The translations under genes were made by a program, and so were the position numbers. This document shows, piece by piece, positions 13,916-27,093 of a stretch of DNA of 64,000 bases. Positions within the stretch are counted from its first letter, which is position 1. Each line of letters opens with the position of its first letter. The notes beneath the pieces are model-generated. The model did no database searches, was not told the origin of the DNA, and saw only the letters and a list, made by a program, of their open reading frames with translations. The stretch lies in the NCBI RefSeq assembly GCF_018977255.1, contig NW_024704742.1:80974001-81038000 (forward strand), read 5' to 3'. This DNA is from Callorhinchus milii. Its lineage: Eukaryota.

Positions 13916-14981
13916 GTCTGTAACAGCCACCGCTACTCTAGGCTGATCCTCCAGTGCATTGCTGGGAGTGCGCTGCAATGCCAGAGGTGCCGCATTTGGA
14001 AGAGATGATAAACCAAGCTCTTGTCTGTCTGTTCAGGAGGACATTAAAGATCCTATGGCACTAATCAAATAGGGGGGAATTTCTCCAAGTGTCCTGACAA
14101 ACTAATCCCTCAAATGAAATTCACAATAAAGTGTAATCACTGTGTATTTTATGGGCCTACACAACTACAAATTTTCACAATCATAATTATAATAAGACTT
14201 GCATTTGATATCGTGCCTTATCACATCTTCAAGATATCTCAAAGCGCTTCAAGAATATAATGTGAAATTAATTGACTGTATATTTTGTGGGTGAAATGTA
14301 GTTTGTGATGATGTCCTACAAATAGCCATTAATTGAATGCTAAATTTCATTGTGGAATCCTTTTTGCAAAAACACTGGGAGAAACTTTTTCTCTGTTCAA
14401 ATAGTACAGTGGAATCCTGTAGTGTATTGGTTAAAGCAAGCAAGAGTACCAAGGTTCGATTCCTGGGCAGGGCAAAACCTTAGGCAAGTTTCCCTACTCC
14501 ACATGTGTTTACCTAGCAGGAATCCGGTTGCCATTTGATTGGCGGATCTCTTTCCGGGGGTGATATTGTTGTTGCTTGTAACCAAGATGCTTGGCTGTTA
14601 GGACGATGAGATGATGTGGGTTACAGTCTGATGAAGTGTTATTTAAGGCCTGCGTTACATGGGACTTTTATTTCAACCCTGCACATATCTTCTGGTTCTG
14701 CGACAAGAAACATGGTTAATAATTCTTACATTAACATACTACTTTATCGTGTTATCAAAGCATTTGAAAGAACTTCACAGGAGTTACCTCAAAGTGTAGT
14801 ATCTGTGTATTTATAGGTGAACGCAGCAGCCAATTGGCACTGTGGCAATGTCCCACTAAAAGTTATAAAGTGAATGACTAAATTTATCAGGGGATTGATG
14901 GCCAGGATTTAAGGTTATAATGAAAAAAGGCACAACAGCACATTACCTAATGGAAGAGCAAAAAATGAATGCATAAGAAGG

Positions 14982-15727
14982 AACAACAACAAGATTCCAT
15001 TTATAGAGCGCCTTTCACGTCGGGAGGACGTCCCAAGGCGCTGTACAGTTGGGTCAGGACCCGAGCAGGGGGGAAATGGTCAGGGTGATGGGAGGGAAGG
15101 GAGGGAGCGAGGAGGGGGTAGAGAGTCGAGAGGGGAGCTGAAGGCACCGTCAAAGAGAAAGGTCTTGAGACCGGCCTTGAAGGAGGAAAGGGAGGAGGCG
15201 GCGAAGGCACTGGGGGATAGAGTTCCAGAGCCTTGGGGCTGAGAGCCCGGCCACCAATGGTAGGGTGGTTGGGGCGGGGGACGTGGAGCAGATTGGAGCC
15301 AGAGGAACGGAGGGTACGGGCAGGTAGGTAGGGGGATAGTAGGTCGGATAGGTAGGAGGGAGCGAGGCCGTGAATGGCCTTGTAGGTGAGGATGAGGATC
15401 TTGAATTCGATCCTCTGGGGGATGGGGAGCCAGTGGAGGCGAGCGAGGGTGGGAGTGATGTGGTCCGAAGCCTGGTGCGGGACAGTACACGAGCTGCAGA
15501 GTTCTGAATGACCTGCAGCTTGTGGAGGGAGGTGGCGGGAAGGCCGGCGAGGAGAGAGTTCCCATAGTCCAGCCTTGAGGTGATAAAGGCGTGAACCAGG
15601 GTTTCAGCAGCGTGAGGGGTGAGGTAATGCCGTAGTCTGGCGATGTTCCGGAGGTGATGGAAGGCGGTGCCAGTTGTGGCGCGGATATGAGGGAGAAAGG
15701 ACAGCTCAGGGTCGAACAGAACAGAAC
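14982..15727 (-). mobile_element. L2 LINE 3' fragment (ORF2 C-terminus, 3' stem-loop, (TTG)n tail), relatively young
   Basis: VLFDPELSFLPHI...AFHHLRNIARLRHYLTPHAAETLVHAFITSRLDYGNSLLAGLP...QNSAARVL; many CpGs retained. Confidence 0.95.
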
Positions 15728-16740
15728 TGGGAGCATCCAGCTTAAATAACAATACCAGCTGCTGTCAATTTGGAACAGTCATAATAATGGCTTTCAGATG
15801 AGGCATTACAGAATGATCGAGACTGTTGCCAACACAAAACTGCACTTCCTGGAAGTTGAGTAAAAACATACTTTCCTGCTGCAAATTTCGACCTGTATTT
15901 TATGCAGTAGTGTTAAAAAAGAAGAAACTAATCTTCACCAAAAAACTCCTTACAAAGTAGAGACCAACCATCAAGGGAATGCTTTATGGCATATCTAGGT
16001 TGTAGTAGCAACTCATTGTAACAGTATTGGGCTGGAGATCTGCCAGAAAGTAAATGCTTTCTCCCAAAGCAAAGAGGCTGATCAAATCTGGATTGCACAG
16101 ACATCAAATCAGGACTGCATAACATTGAAGCAGTCCAGAAAAGGAAAAAAAAGGCAGCAACTGGAGATCACAAGAAGATCTATCTGCCACCAAGTGAAGG
16201 AAGGATGAGAGAAATCTGTCATAAACTTCAATGAGGAGAGGAATCTGTCATAAAGATTGAGTAGGAATGATTTGCTGAGTTGCTTGAACCCTGAGATGCC
16301 TTGTCTCACTTTTGTTCTGGGTCCAGACAGTCAGTTGTTGCCTGTAACAGAAAACAATTTAGTTATTTCACTCAAACAAAAAGCTACAGGGCTCGAGCGT
16401 TCACTGTTTGCATGTCATAATACAAAGCAATATTCACTCTATAAATAATAATTTGACATGCCAATGGAAAAATGTTCCCCTTTCAGATTAAAAGCATCCA
16501 AATAACATGATTAAGACTTTCAACCTAACTCTCATTGAACCGGCAGAGCTAAGCTGTACAGTCAAATGATCTTTCCCTCCTACCCACCCAACCCCACCCT
16601 CATTTATCCACTTACCTATTGCCAGTTTAAGTTCTTAGAGTCAGAGAAAGGGAGGGCTGTTAAAGTGAAACCCCATCTTTTTCTGATAAAAGCATATCTG
16701 TGTAAACAGGACTCCACTGTATTTAATAATAATCCTTATA

Positions 16741-16789
16741 GATTCATAGAATGTTACGGCACAGAAGGAGGCCATTCGGCCATATCAAA
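16741..16789 (-). mobile_element. ~40-bp CR1 3' end inserted into a SINE tail
   Basis: CATAGAATGTTACGGCACAGAAGGAGGCCATTCGGCC matches the CR1 tail at ~61656-61692; flanked by TTATA at 16736-16740 and 16790-16794. Confidence 0.8.
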
Positions 16790-18017
16790 TTATATTTGAT
16801 ATAGTGTCTTATCATGTCCTTGAGACGTCTCAAAGTGCTTCACAGAATATACTGTAAAGTGAATTGACTGTATTTTGTGGGTGAAATTTCAATTTAAACT
16901 GCACAGCATATATCATCAAATCTGTTGTAAAAAGATCAGATAACACAGATTTACCAGGGCTATTGGTGTGGTGTCCTTTATTAGGAGTTCTTTTTTAATA
17001 CGTAATTTGTTCCTCCCAGATGGGAAGCATTGACCAGCCTTTCATTTCACAAAGGATATCCACCTCTATGCCCACCTCTTCATAGACCTGCACTCCTTCA
17101 CAGAGGCTTGCAGATAAATGTGCTCTGCTTGATTTCATCCACAGGCTGAAATGCTTTAATTGTCTGCTACAAACAGATACATCCTGTGGATACGGGCAAA
17201 CACGCATGTGTTTTGAATGCTAAGTGTAAAACAATTACATCAAGATCATGAGGCCAAGACGTTCTTGCAATCCAATACCAATTATAAACCTCCCTGTTTA
17301 GATGCAAAACACAATCTTTACAATTACACTAAAAAGGTTGATTGGTGAATTATAAAACATCCATCGCTCTGAGATGTTTCAGTTTCAACATTACGAAGCA
17401 TCAATCATTCTGGCTATCTATTTTCTGCTGGGTCCTTAGTAAGCTTGCAGATGAAACCTCTGGCATCCTAATGTTGCACAGGTTGGCACTGAAAATATTT
17501 TCCCTGGATCTGATGATGTTAAAGTGCACCACAATGGCTGCGCTTCACAAAGTTATACCACAATTAACACAAAACCTTATAGCTTCATCAGACTACGAAA
17601 TGTCAATCGGATTGTGCAAAATTTGTTGCAGTTCATTTACACTGAAATTCATTGGAAATGCCTACCCACTGCACATCCCTATTAAAAATGTCAATGTAAC
17701 CTCTTCAGTTTTAATGACCACAATCATTTTACTCTCTTGTTACTCAAGAGCCATTTGAGCCCAAAACTGACTGTCAAACAACCATCTACTGTATGAATGC
17801 ATTTTGCTGGAAGTAGTGAAGGAGGATATGACAATATGATGAAGACAATTGAACCTTGATAAATGAGCCATTAGATTTCTAAATGGTTTATGCTGGTATC
17901 AGAGGTTTATACGAAAGCACCAATGTATAGAGAGGATGAGTTTGTTATTAGCAGTCAGGATTTTTCCAGCTCATGCCTGACTACATTCAGCTACATGCCA
18001 ACTGATGTACTACTATG

Positions 18018-19090
18018 CAACAACAACAACAATTACATTTGTAAAAAGCGCCTATCATGTTGGGAGGACATCCCTAAGCGCTGAACAGTCAGGGATCAGG
18101 ACCCGAGTGTGGGGGGCAGGGTTGGGATGAAGGAGGACAGAGAGGGTAGGAGGATGGCTGAAGTCATGGCCATAAAGAAGGATCTTGAGTCGTGCCTTGA
18201 AGGAGGCAGAGAGGGAGAACGGTGAAGAGATTGTGGGATAGAGTTCCAAAGAGTGGGGAAAGGCCAGTCGCCGATGGTAGGGTGGGTCAGGTGGAAGAAT
18301 TGGAGCAGGCCAGAGCTCAGCAGGTCTGAGATGTAGGAGGGGGCAAGGCTGTGGAGGGCCTTGAAAGTGAGGACGAGGATTTTGAATTCTATTCTCTGAG
18401 GAATGGGGAGCCAGTGGAGCTGGGCGAGGGTGGGGATGATGGGATCATGGAGGCTGGCGGTAGAGGACATGAGCTGCAGAGTTCTGGATGATCTGCATCT
18501 TGTGGAGGAAAGAGTTGGGGAGGCCGACAAGGAGGAATTTTCCGTAGTCGAGCCTTGAGGTGACGAATGCGTGTATGAGGGTTTTGGCGGTCTGAGGGGT
18601 GAGGCAGAGAGATAGAGTTGGGTGTCATCTGCATGCATGTGGAAGTTGATCCTATGTCTGCAGATAATGTTACCAAGGGGACCATGTAGAGGTTGAAGAG
18701 GAAGGAACCAAGAACAGAGCCCTGAGGAACACCACACAAGACTGTGCAGAGCCTGGAAGAGAAACCGTTGACGGAGACAAATTGGAGTGAGAGGTAAGAC
18801 CTGAACCATTCAAGGACAGAACCTTGAAGGTTGAGGTGAGAGGAGAAGCGGTGGAGGAGGATGGAATGGAAGGGAGAGATTGATGGTGTTGGAGATTAAA
18901 GGGGCAATAAAGGGGAGCTGGGAGGTAAGAAGAGGGGTGGGGATGGGGTCAAGGGAGCAGGTGGTGTGTTTCATGCTGGATATGGTGGTGATAAGAAAGG
19001 AGGGGGAAACAGTTTTGAAAATGTGGAGGGAAGGAGGGGTAGGGGTCGGAATGTGGAGGGAGATGGGGAGGGAGTGGCGGTTGGTAGGGC
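18018..19090 (-). mobile_element. L2 LINE fragment (RT motifs to 3' end, internal deletions)
   Basis: [23 protein letters not shown] and [32 protein letters not shown]; (TTG)n tail. Confidence 0.93.
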
Positions 19091-19277
19091 AACTGAATGG
19101 AACCCCTCAATTTTGGACTCGAAGAAATTCAGGTTGCATCCAGCAAAACAATGATCCATTCAGACCAGGAAAGTTCACGTTCAACCTTTGTTTTTCATTG
19201 TATGTTATTGGTTCGCAACTGAGGCAGCAGTAGAAAAGTAAAAGATGCCCTCAGTAACTTTGTTAGTATATCATCTA

Positions 19278-20219
19278 TATGCTCCATCTTGGCGATGTCA
19301 TCCGCAGACATGGGGTAAACTTCCATATGTATGCAGCTGACACACAAATCTACTCCTCCAGCCTCAACTCCAGGTCACCAATGTTTTCTCAGCTTGTTTT
19401 GTGTACATCAGGGCCTGGACAAGCAAAAACTTCCTACATCTCAATGTTGACAAGATGGATGTCATATTCCTATTCTGCAGTTCTGACCTCCTCAACATCC
19501 CCAGTCTATCTCTCAGACTTATCAAAACAGTGCGCAACCTAGGTGTCAGCTGTCCTTCCTTCCCACATCCGGTCTCTGACCAGGACCTCTTTCCTCCACC
19601 TCCGCCACATTGCCTGCCTCTGACTGTATTTTACCCTAGACGAAACCAAAACACTCGTCCATGCGTTCATCAGCTCCCGACTGGACTTCTCAAATGTCCT
19701 CTTTGTCCGTCTCCCAGCTCCACCATGCACAGGATCCAACTTATCCAAAACTTTGCTGCCCGCATACACACCCATACTAAACTCTGTACCTCCATCGCAC
19801 CAGTTCTATCCAAGCTCCACTGGCTCCCCATCACCCAATGGGATGATTTCAAGATCTTCACACTCGTTTTCAAATTCCTTCATGTCCTGGCAACTCCCTA
19901 CTTCTCCGAACTGCCCAACCCACAACCCACTGCCTCATCTTGACTGGCTCCAGCCTTCTGCATGGCCCTCATGCCTTCCGTTCCACCATTGGTGGATGCA
20001 CTTTCAGCCACTATGTCCCAAAACTCTGGAACACTCTTCCTCTAGCCCTCTGCATTGGCCCTTCTTTCCCTATTTTCTGTTTGCACCTGAAGACCTTCCT
20101 ATTCGACCATGCCTACAGTCACCTCCCCTCGGCTGGGAGTCATGTTCCACCACTGTCAAGCACTCTGGGATGCTACTTTACATGAGGGGTGCTACATAAA
20201 TTCAAGTTGTGGTTGTTGT
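19278..20219 (+). mobile_element. L2 LINE fragment
   Basis: RRHGVNFHMYAADTQIY, IQNFAARI and LSKLHWLPITQ; 3' tail ending AAGTTGTGGTTGTTG. Confidence 0.93.
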
Positions 20220-21022
20220 CGGGTAAGGGAATGTGGAAAATCACCCAAGGTTTCCAATCTTGACCGCTTTCCAACAAGAACAAATTTATATTTATATAGT
20301 GCCTTTAATGGCAAGAATACATCCTGTTGAAAAATATGAAAATGTGTGTGTACAGATACCAAATAAAGACAGCATGAACTTTGCTATGATATTCTCTCCA
20401 CAACCCCCCACCCCACCCACCAGAGCCCTCTTTCTGCTTTCTGTCAAATGGTATTCACTGTATATTTTGTGGGTGAAACATAATACAGTAATAGTAGCTC
20501 TATGCTATGTCAAATCTTAATACAGGACTATATTTAGTCTCTAACTCCAAAGCTCTGAATGGACATATGTTATATTATTGAACATCTCTGATAACCAATC
20601 TAAAACAGCCACTATGCAATATGCCGCTAATGCTGTCAAAGATAGCTTTGTAACAGTTCTAGTGACAATGTAGGATGACACTGCATTAAATGCTGTTTAA
20701 AGTCACTTATCCAAAGGGCTTAACCTGAATCAATTAACACTCACAGTCGAAGCCAGCAAGCAGAAAAGCATGGCGTCAGGATAGCACAAGAGACCGTCCC
20801 AGTGATCGGAATCCTACTGAACTGCTGTTATAAACATTGGTTAAGTCAATTTGGGTAGCACCAAGCATTGTAAGATGCCGAGCCACGGCAATGGATGGGT
20901 GGCAAAAAAGAAAGACAGCATGGACACCACGGTACCTCCTGATGGCTAAATGAGGAACACCATTGACTTGACTTGTAAAGGACAGATACAATTGGTCATT
21001 CACTTCATGGTTGCGTGCTTCA

Positions 21023-21451
21023 GGCAGACCATTCACTGCGGGCAGCAAATCATCCCACTCAGCTCCAGTTAACCCTACAAGCCAAAGTCCTGGGTAGGGT
21101 GGTCCTAGCTGGAATGGGTAGGGTGATCCTAGCTGGACAAGCAATGGGAAAGCTTGCCAGACAATGATATCAATGGCAAGCTCTGCAGTTTCAGCTGGTT
21201 AGATTCCAGCAGTACCTCAACGCACACTCTGGGGACCCCAAGCCTTGGCCTTGCCAACCTGTGCTTAATAGTTTCTGGAATTAGGTAAGCACGATGCGTC
21301 CCTCCAGAGAAAGAGTGCACATTCCTTTCCAACAATCTATGTCTGGAATTTCCATGTGTTAGTGGGATAGGTGGAAATCTCAGTTTGAGTTGGATACTTG
21401 CATGTTGATGGGTTTCTGAATGTGTTAGATACTCAGCTAACCCCCAAAAAA
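21023..21451 (+). mobile_element. Unclassified ~400-bp poly(A) retroposon, copy A
   Basis: Homologous to 26686-27093, 28845-29124, 42969-43336 and 33427-33488. Ends GTTAG-ATACTCAG-CTAAC then an A-run. Internal 24-bp tandem duplication at ~21092-21139. Confidence 0.75.
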
Positions 21452-21982
21452 TTGCTGTGTGCAAATTGGCTGCCCTTTTGCCAGCAAATACACAAGTACC
21501 ACACCCAACTCCTTGCCTTAAGATAAGAAACAAGAAGGGAAAAGGACTTCTTTTGATTTGTTCTGTAATTAACAAAATTTAAATCTCAGAAGACAAGTTG
21601 CATTTGTCGTTTGATTTTTTTGGAAAGTAGCATGTTACAATATCAAACTAAAAATGCGAGTATCTATGCTGTTGGCATTTTTTGGAATTAAAAAATTATA
21701 TATCATTTCATGTTTAATTAATTTAGTTGGTGAAGACAATTTATAGGGTGAAGCAATACTGGTGAAAATGGTACTTCAAAACCACCAAAGTAGATTTTAT
21801 AGTTATCATGGTTAAGACTGAAAGAAGGGTGGCTAATGAAATAAGATCTGGAATGTCTCTTCTGCAATACATTTACTCTGGGATAAAAGCCTACAAGGAA
21901 ACTTGACTTACATCAGAATTGCTCCGATATTTCGAGACGCTTTTCCTGCAGCACCAAAAAAATGACCTCCTTCAAGAGCAGC

Positions 21983-22378
21983 AATAATAATAATAATAAT
22001 AATAATAATAAGCGTTGCATTTGATGTAGCAATTTATCATGTCTGCAATACGTCTCAAAGCTCTTCACTGAAGGGATGCAGAATATAATGCGAATTGAAT
22101 TGATTGTATATTTTGTGAGCAAAACACAGCAGCCAATTAACGCACAGCAGTAACCCACAAAGAGTTGTGGATTGAGTGACCAAATTATTATTATTCATTA
22201 TTTTATTTTTTTGATAGGGTTATTACCTCCAGACTAACAACCAGGTTCCTACTTACTGCTAGGCAAACAGGGGGTGTGGAGTAAGTAAATTAGCCTAACG
22301 TTTTGCCATGCCCGGGAATTTAACCAAAGTCCTCTCGCTTGCAAGGTGAGTGCTCTAACCAATATCCTACCGGAATCC
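21983..22378 (-). mobile_element. tRNA-Ala-headed SINE, long variant
   Basis: TTGCAAG anticodon-like loop in the head, internal CCTAGCAGTAAGTAGGAACC block, (TTA)n tail. Confidence 0.88.
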
Positions 22379-23060
22379 TTGAGAGCCCCATTTCCTTATC
22401 TAAAACATTGTTGGAATAGTAACTACATAAATGTGAAACTTTTGAAGACCAGGAAAACCGATGGGACTTTAAACTGTTTGACATAAAGCGATGGATCATG
22501 CTGACCTATAAATACATGATGTATTGACAACCTGCCAAGGCAGGTTATTTACTGTATCACAGATGTACTCTCAGTATATCAGGCAAGATATGCACATCTG
22601 GACGGGGTGCTGGTTAATTTAATGTAAACAAATGTTTTGCTTGGTTCCACCATATTATCTAAACTACCTTTCTAATTCATGATGGTTTGTAATTAACACA
22701 AGCATGATCTGTTCATGTAGATCTTGTTTTATTAGTGGTGTACCTCTGGTATTTCAGTCTCAAAACAAACACCAAGATATTTGAAGTTATTAGCAGCTGG
22801 ACAGTGAACCTGAACAATCAATGAGTCATTAACATGCTGACAGCCAAATCTTAACACACGATTGGAGCAGTATCACTTTCAAAGTGTTGACTACCTCTGA
22901 TGATGCAATTTTATTACCTAATAAGGAAAATGTGATAAACAGTATAAGTTACATGATATTCTCAATTTCTGAAGCCACGTTGTCCATGCATGGACTTGTA
23001 AAACCCACGTTATAATGGCCACTCTTATTAACGAACAAGCAGTATGCCGAAAAGTATATT

Positions 23061-23302
23061 CATAGAATCATAAAAATGGAGGCCATTCGGCCCATTGTGC
23101 CTTTGCTGAATCTTTGAAAGAGCTACCAACTAGTCCTACTCCCCTGCTCTTATAATAATAATAATAATAATAATAATAATCCTTGCATTTGATATAGCGC
23201 TTTTCACGTCGGGAGAACGTCCCAAAGCACTTCACAGAACACACTGTAAAGTGAATTGACTGTATATTTGTGGGCGAACCATAGCCCATATCCCATAGCC
23301 CT
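23061..23302 (-). mobile_element. CR1 3' tail interrupted by a 5'-truncated young SINE tail
   Basis: CR1 tail (catagaatcat...ggaggccattcggccc...cccctgctct) breaks at ~23150; SINE tail runs ~23152-23279; CR1 resumes at ccatagccc. Confidence 0.75.
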
Positions 23303-23969
23303 TAAGCAGGTTTTCACTATCATCTTTTTTATACAATCAAACTCCTGGGTTTGCAATTCCTGTTAAGTGTCATGTGAATGTGATAAGCAGCAATTATCAG
23401 ACAGTGTAGACAATTAGTAGCTGCTTTCATTTTTGTGTTTACCTTGGGACAGTGATTGCATTTGTTTCTAAATAATTTTAATATGCAATTTTGAAAAAAT
23501 TACCCAAGAGAAGAATAACCAGTAAATTTACTTGTCTGTCTTTAACTTCATCCTCCTTTAAACTGTGTAACTGCTTCCTAAGTTAACATAACTTCCTAAG
23601 TTAATATCAGAGGCACAGGTAAACACAGTCCTTTGACCCATTTTATCTCATCCTTCCAGAATATCTACCTGGCTATCTTCTCGTCTTTCCTTTCTTACAT
23701 GAATCCAACATCCTCAACTTTACCCTATTACCTGGTTCCGACAATGATTACTGTTTCCATAAATAAAGATCTTGGGTGTCCATCCTAAAAATTGCCCTTC
23801 ACATCCCTAAATTTCAAATCTCTTGTCCTGTCTTGTCTGCAACTTGGTGTAGCTGAAAGTATTATTCTTAATTTACTTTCTATATCCTATTAAAGATCAC
23901 CTATGCTTCAATAAGGTCCTCTCTGAGATATCTCTTTCCAAGTTTGTAAATCCCAAGCATATCCAGGTG

Positions 23970-25530
23970 TACCTCAGGGCTCAATTCTTGCCCCCCACTC
24001 CACCTTCTCTTCCTCATCTAATATGCTCCCTCTTGGCAATGTCATCCGTAGACATTGGATAAACTTCCACATGTATGTGATGAACATAAATCTATTTTTC
24101 CTCATCCAGCTGGGACTCCAGGTCCTCTGTTGTTCTCTTGGCTTGTCTGGCAGACATCTGGGCCTGGGTGAGCGAAAACCTCCTACAACTTGTTGGGATA
24201 TAGGGATTCCCCTATAATCATTTAGAATAGAACAAGTTTTTATATATATATTCATTTTAAGAGATGTTTAATTAACAGGTCAAAATGGCCGACAAATTAG
24301 CTTTCTTACTAATGCAATGTGGCACAGGCTGGAACCATGGTACCCGTTATCTCCCCTCTCTTCAGATGCACTTTGCTAAGTGATATTGTAACCTTGGGTA
24401 CCAGCTGGACTTGGAGGAAAGGTCTGCAAAACATCATGTGTTAGGTCTAGGAAGATAAGGAATAGACAAGACAATGGAGATTCACTTTATCAATACCGGT
24501 TGGGCTGGCGCCAGGCCAACGATTGATTAGGATGAGTATGTGCAGGACGAGCGGTAAGGGGGGGAAAGGTATCTGATAAGAGTTCAGAAAGGGGTATAGT
24601 TAGTGGAGAGAAAGAGAGAGAAGTCAGTTGGCCTGACTGGCAGGAGGGAAGCAAGGTTTTTCACACCAGAGAAACCAGGGCAAGAGCGGGACGACAGCCA
24701 AGAAATCTTCTTCCACTTTTGTTCTACGCAGATTAACCGGTAGTATGCTTTTCTTTACACACTGTTCAGCCCACTGTCTCATAATAAAAGAATTATTGCA
24801 CCATTTTGGATTGTCGGGTCATATTTCGAACTACGGAATCGGAAATCCCAACAAACTCAATGTTAGCAAGATGGAAGCTATATGTTGACGTGATGGCTCA
24901 CGTCAACATCTTCTATCCTGCAGCTCTGACCTCCTCAACCTCCCCGGCCTATCACTCAGGCATACCAAACCAGTGCGCAACCTAGTCATCAGGTTCAACC
25001 CACATCTATCCTTTCTTCCCCACATCCAGTCCCTGACCAGGACCGCCTTCCTCCACCTCCACCACATTGCCTGCCTCCGACCGTACCTTACCCCAGATGC
25101 AGCGAAACACTTGTCCATACGTTTGTCACCTCCTGACTCAACTTCTCAAATGCCCTCTTTGATGGTTTCCCCAACTCCACCATGCACAGGATCCAGTTGA
25201 TCCAAACTCTGACACCTGCATACTTACCCATACTAAACTCTGTACCCCCATCACACCAGTTCTAGCCAGGCTCCACTGGCTCCTTATCACCGAATGGATC
25301 GATTTCAAGATCCTCACACTCATTTTCAAATCCCCCCATGCCCTGGCACCTCCCTACCTCTCCAACCTGCTTATCCCCAACCCATAACCCACTGCTTCTG
25401 CTCGACTGGCTCTGGCCTTCCGCATTTCCCTCATGCCCTCCATTTGTTGCCCAGCCACTATGCCCCGAAACTCTGGAACACTCGTCCTCTAAACCTCTGC
25501 CTTGTCACTTCCTTCCCTATCTTCAGGTCT
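23970..25530 (+). mobile_element. L2 LINE fragment split by a solo LTR
   Basis: LPLGNVIRRHWINFHMY upstream of the insert. Removing 24191-24857 restores AACCTCCTACAACTCAATGTTAGCAAGATGGAAGCT (NLLQLNVSKMEA); LSFLPHIQSLTRTAFLHL follows. Confidence 0.92.
24191..24853 (+). mobile_element. Solo LTR, 663 bp (probably Gypsy/Metaviridae or ERV1-like)
   Basis: TG...CA termini with a 9-bp inverted repeat TGTTGGGAT/ATCCCAACA; 4-bp TSD AACT at 24187-24190 and 24854-24857; AATAAA at 24783-24788. Confidence 0.88.
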
Positions 25531-26525
25531 GCTCCCTCTTGGTGATGCCATCTGCAAACACGGGGTTAATTTCCAAATGTATGCAGATGACACTCAACTC
25601 TACTTCTGCTCCTCCAACTGCGATTCCCAGTCCTCTGATGTTCTGTCAGCTTGTCTGACACACATCAAGGCCTAGATCAGTGAAAATGTCTTGCAGTTAA
25701 ACATCAACCACACAGAAGCCATGGTCTTTGGCTCCTGTCGACGTCTTCTGTCCTTCAGTTCCAACTTCTTCAACCTACCCGATCTATTCTTAAAACTCTC
25801 TGAACCCATGCGTAACTTAGGCATCAGGTTCGAACTCCAGTTATCCTTGCTCCACCACATCCGGTCCCAGCCAGGAGTGCTTTCCTCCACCTCCGCCACA
25901 TTGTCCATCTCCAACAATACCTCACTCTACAAGAAGCCAAAATTCTTGTCTAAGCCTTTCTCACCTCTCAGCTGGACTACTCAAACTTCCTCCTCATCGG
26001 TCTCTCTTCCTCCACTATTCACAAAATTCAACTCATCCAAAACTCCGCCACCAGCATTCTTAACCGTATTAAGCTCTGCACCCTGATTACCCCAGTCCTT
26101 GCCAAACTTCACTGGCTCCATGTCACAGAGCGGATCAACTTCAAGATCCTCACTCTAGTATTTAAATCTCTCTATGCCTTGGTAAACCCTTTATCTCTTC
26201 AATCTCCACTCTCCCCACAGCAGTACCCGCTGCCTCCGCTCTACTGGCTCCAGTCTCCTCCTTCTCCTTTGAATCTTCTGCTCCGTAATCAGCAGCTGTG
26301 CCTTCAGCCACTACGCCCCGGAGCTATGAAACTCCCTCCCTCAATCCCTTCAACTTGTCCCCTCTTTTCTCATTTTCAGGTTTGCCTGAAGACCTTCCTC
26401 TTCGACCGCGCCTATAGTCACCTTCACCCTCCCCTTGGCTTGGGCTCCACCAATGTTAAGCGCCCTGGGATGCTGCCTGGCGAGAGGGCAGTATATAAAT
26501 GCAAGTTGTTGTTGGTGGTGGTGGT
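25531..26525 (+). mobile_element. Second L2 fragment, directly in tandem with the previous one
   Basis: Restarts at LPLGDAICKHGVNFQMYADDT, continues QLNINHTEAMVFG and RNLGIRF, ends AAATGCAAGTTGTTGTTGGTGG. Confidence 0.9.
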
Positions 26526-26685
26526 CCTCATAGCATATCACTTTCACAATAAGGCTCAATTTCATTGCCCTTTTCTACATGTAGTTTAGACGCTATACCA
26601 ATCTAGTATGCATTCACTAAGCACATAACAATCAGCTGAGGTTATGGTTTAAGAAACAACTACAAACAGTAAGAATAAAACATTT

Positions 26686-27093
26686 GTTTTTGTCAGCCAC
26701 GTGTCTGACACATAAGGAAACCCATCACCATGCTTAAGAGTATCCAACCCAAACTGAAGATTCCCATGCATCAAACCTACACATGGAAATCCCAGATAGA
26801 TCATTTGAATGGCATGCGCACTCACTCCCTGGAGGGATTCATCCTTCTTACCTAATCCAGAAAGTATAAGGCGCAGGTTGGCAAGGGCCAAGGCTTGGGG
26901 ACCCCAGAGTGTGCATTGTGGGTACTGCTGGAGTCTAACCAGCTAAAACTGCATAGCTTGCCATTGATATTGCTGTCTGGCAAGCTTTCCTGCTGCTTGT
27001 CCAGCTCGGACCACCCCACCCATTCAGACTTTGGCTTGCAGGCTTAACAGGAGCTGAGTGGGATGACTCCCTGCCCCCAGTGACTGATCTGCC
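26686..27093 (-). mobile_element. Unclassified poly(A) retroposon, copy B
   Basis: Minus strand ends TGTCAG-ACACGTGG-CTGACA plus an A-run; colinear with copy A. Confidence 0.78.

Noticed and set aside
14588..14720. Harbinger-transposase-like peptide WLLG...DVGYSL
   Set aside because: Short, interrupted by a stop, and without the other catalytic motifs; cannot be supported without a translated search.
15080..15752. 200-237 aa ORFs as host genes (also 18096-18809, 19401-19943, 50731-51237)
   Set aside because: They are frameshifted L2 ORF2 pieces or alternative frames of C-rich L2 sequence.
15760..17760. Possible ancient transposase remnants, or ORF 17342-17758 as a gene
   Set aside because: No recognisable motif or convincing splice sites, and many stops in neighbouring frames.
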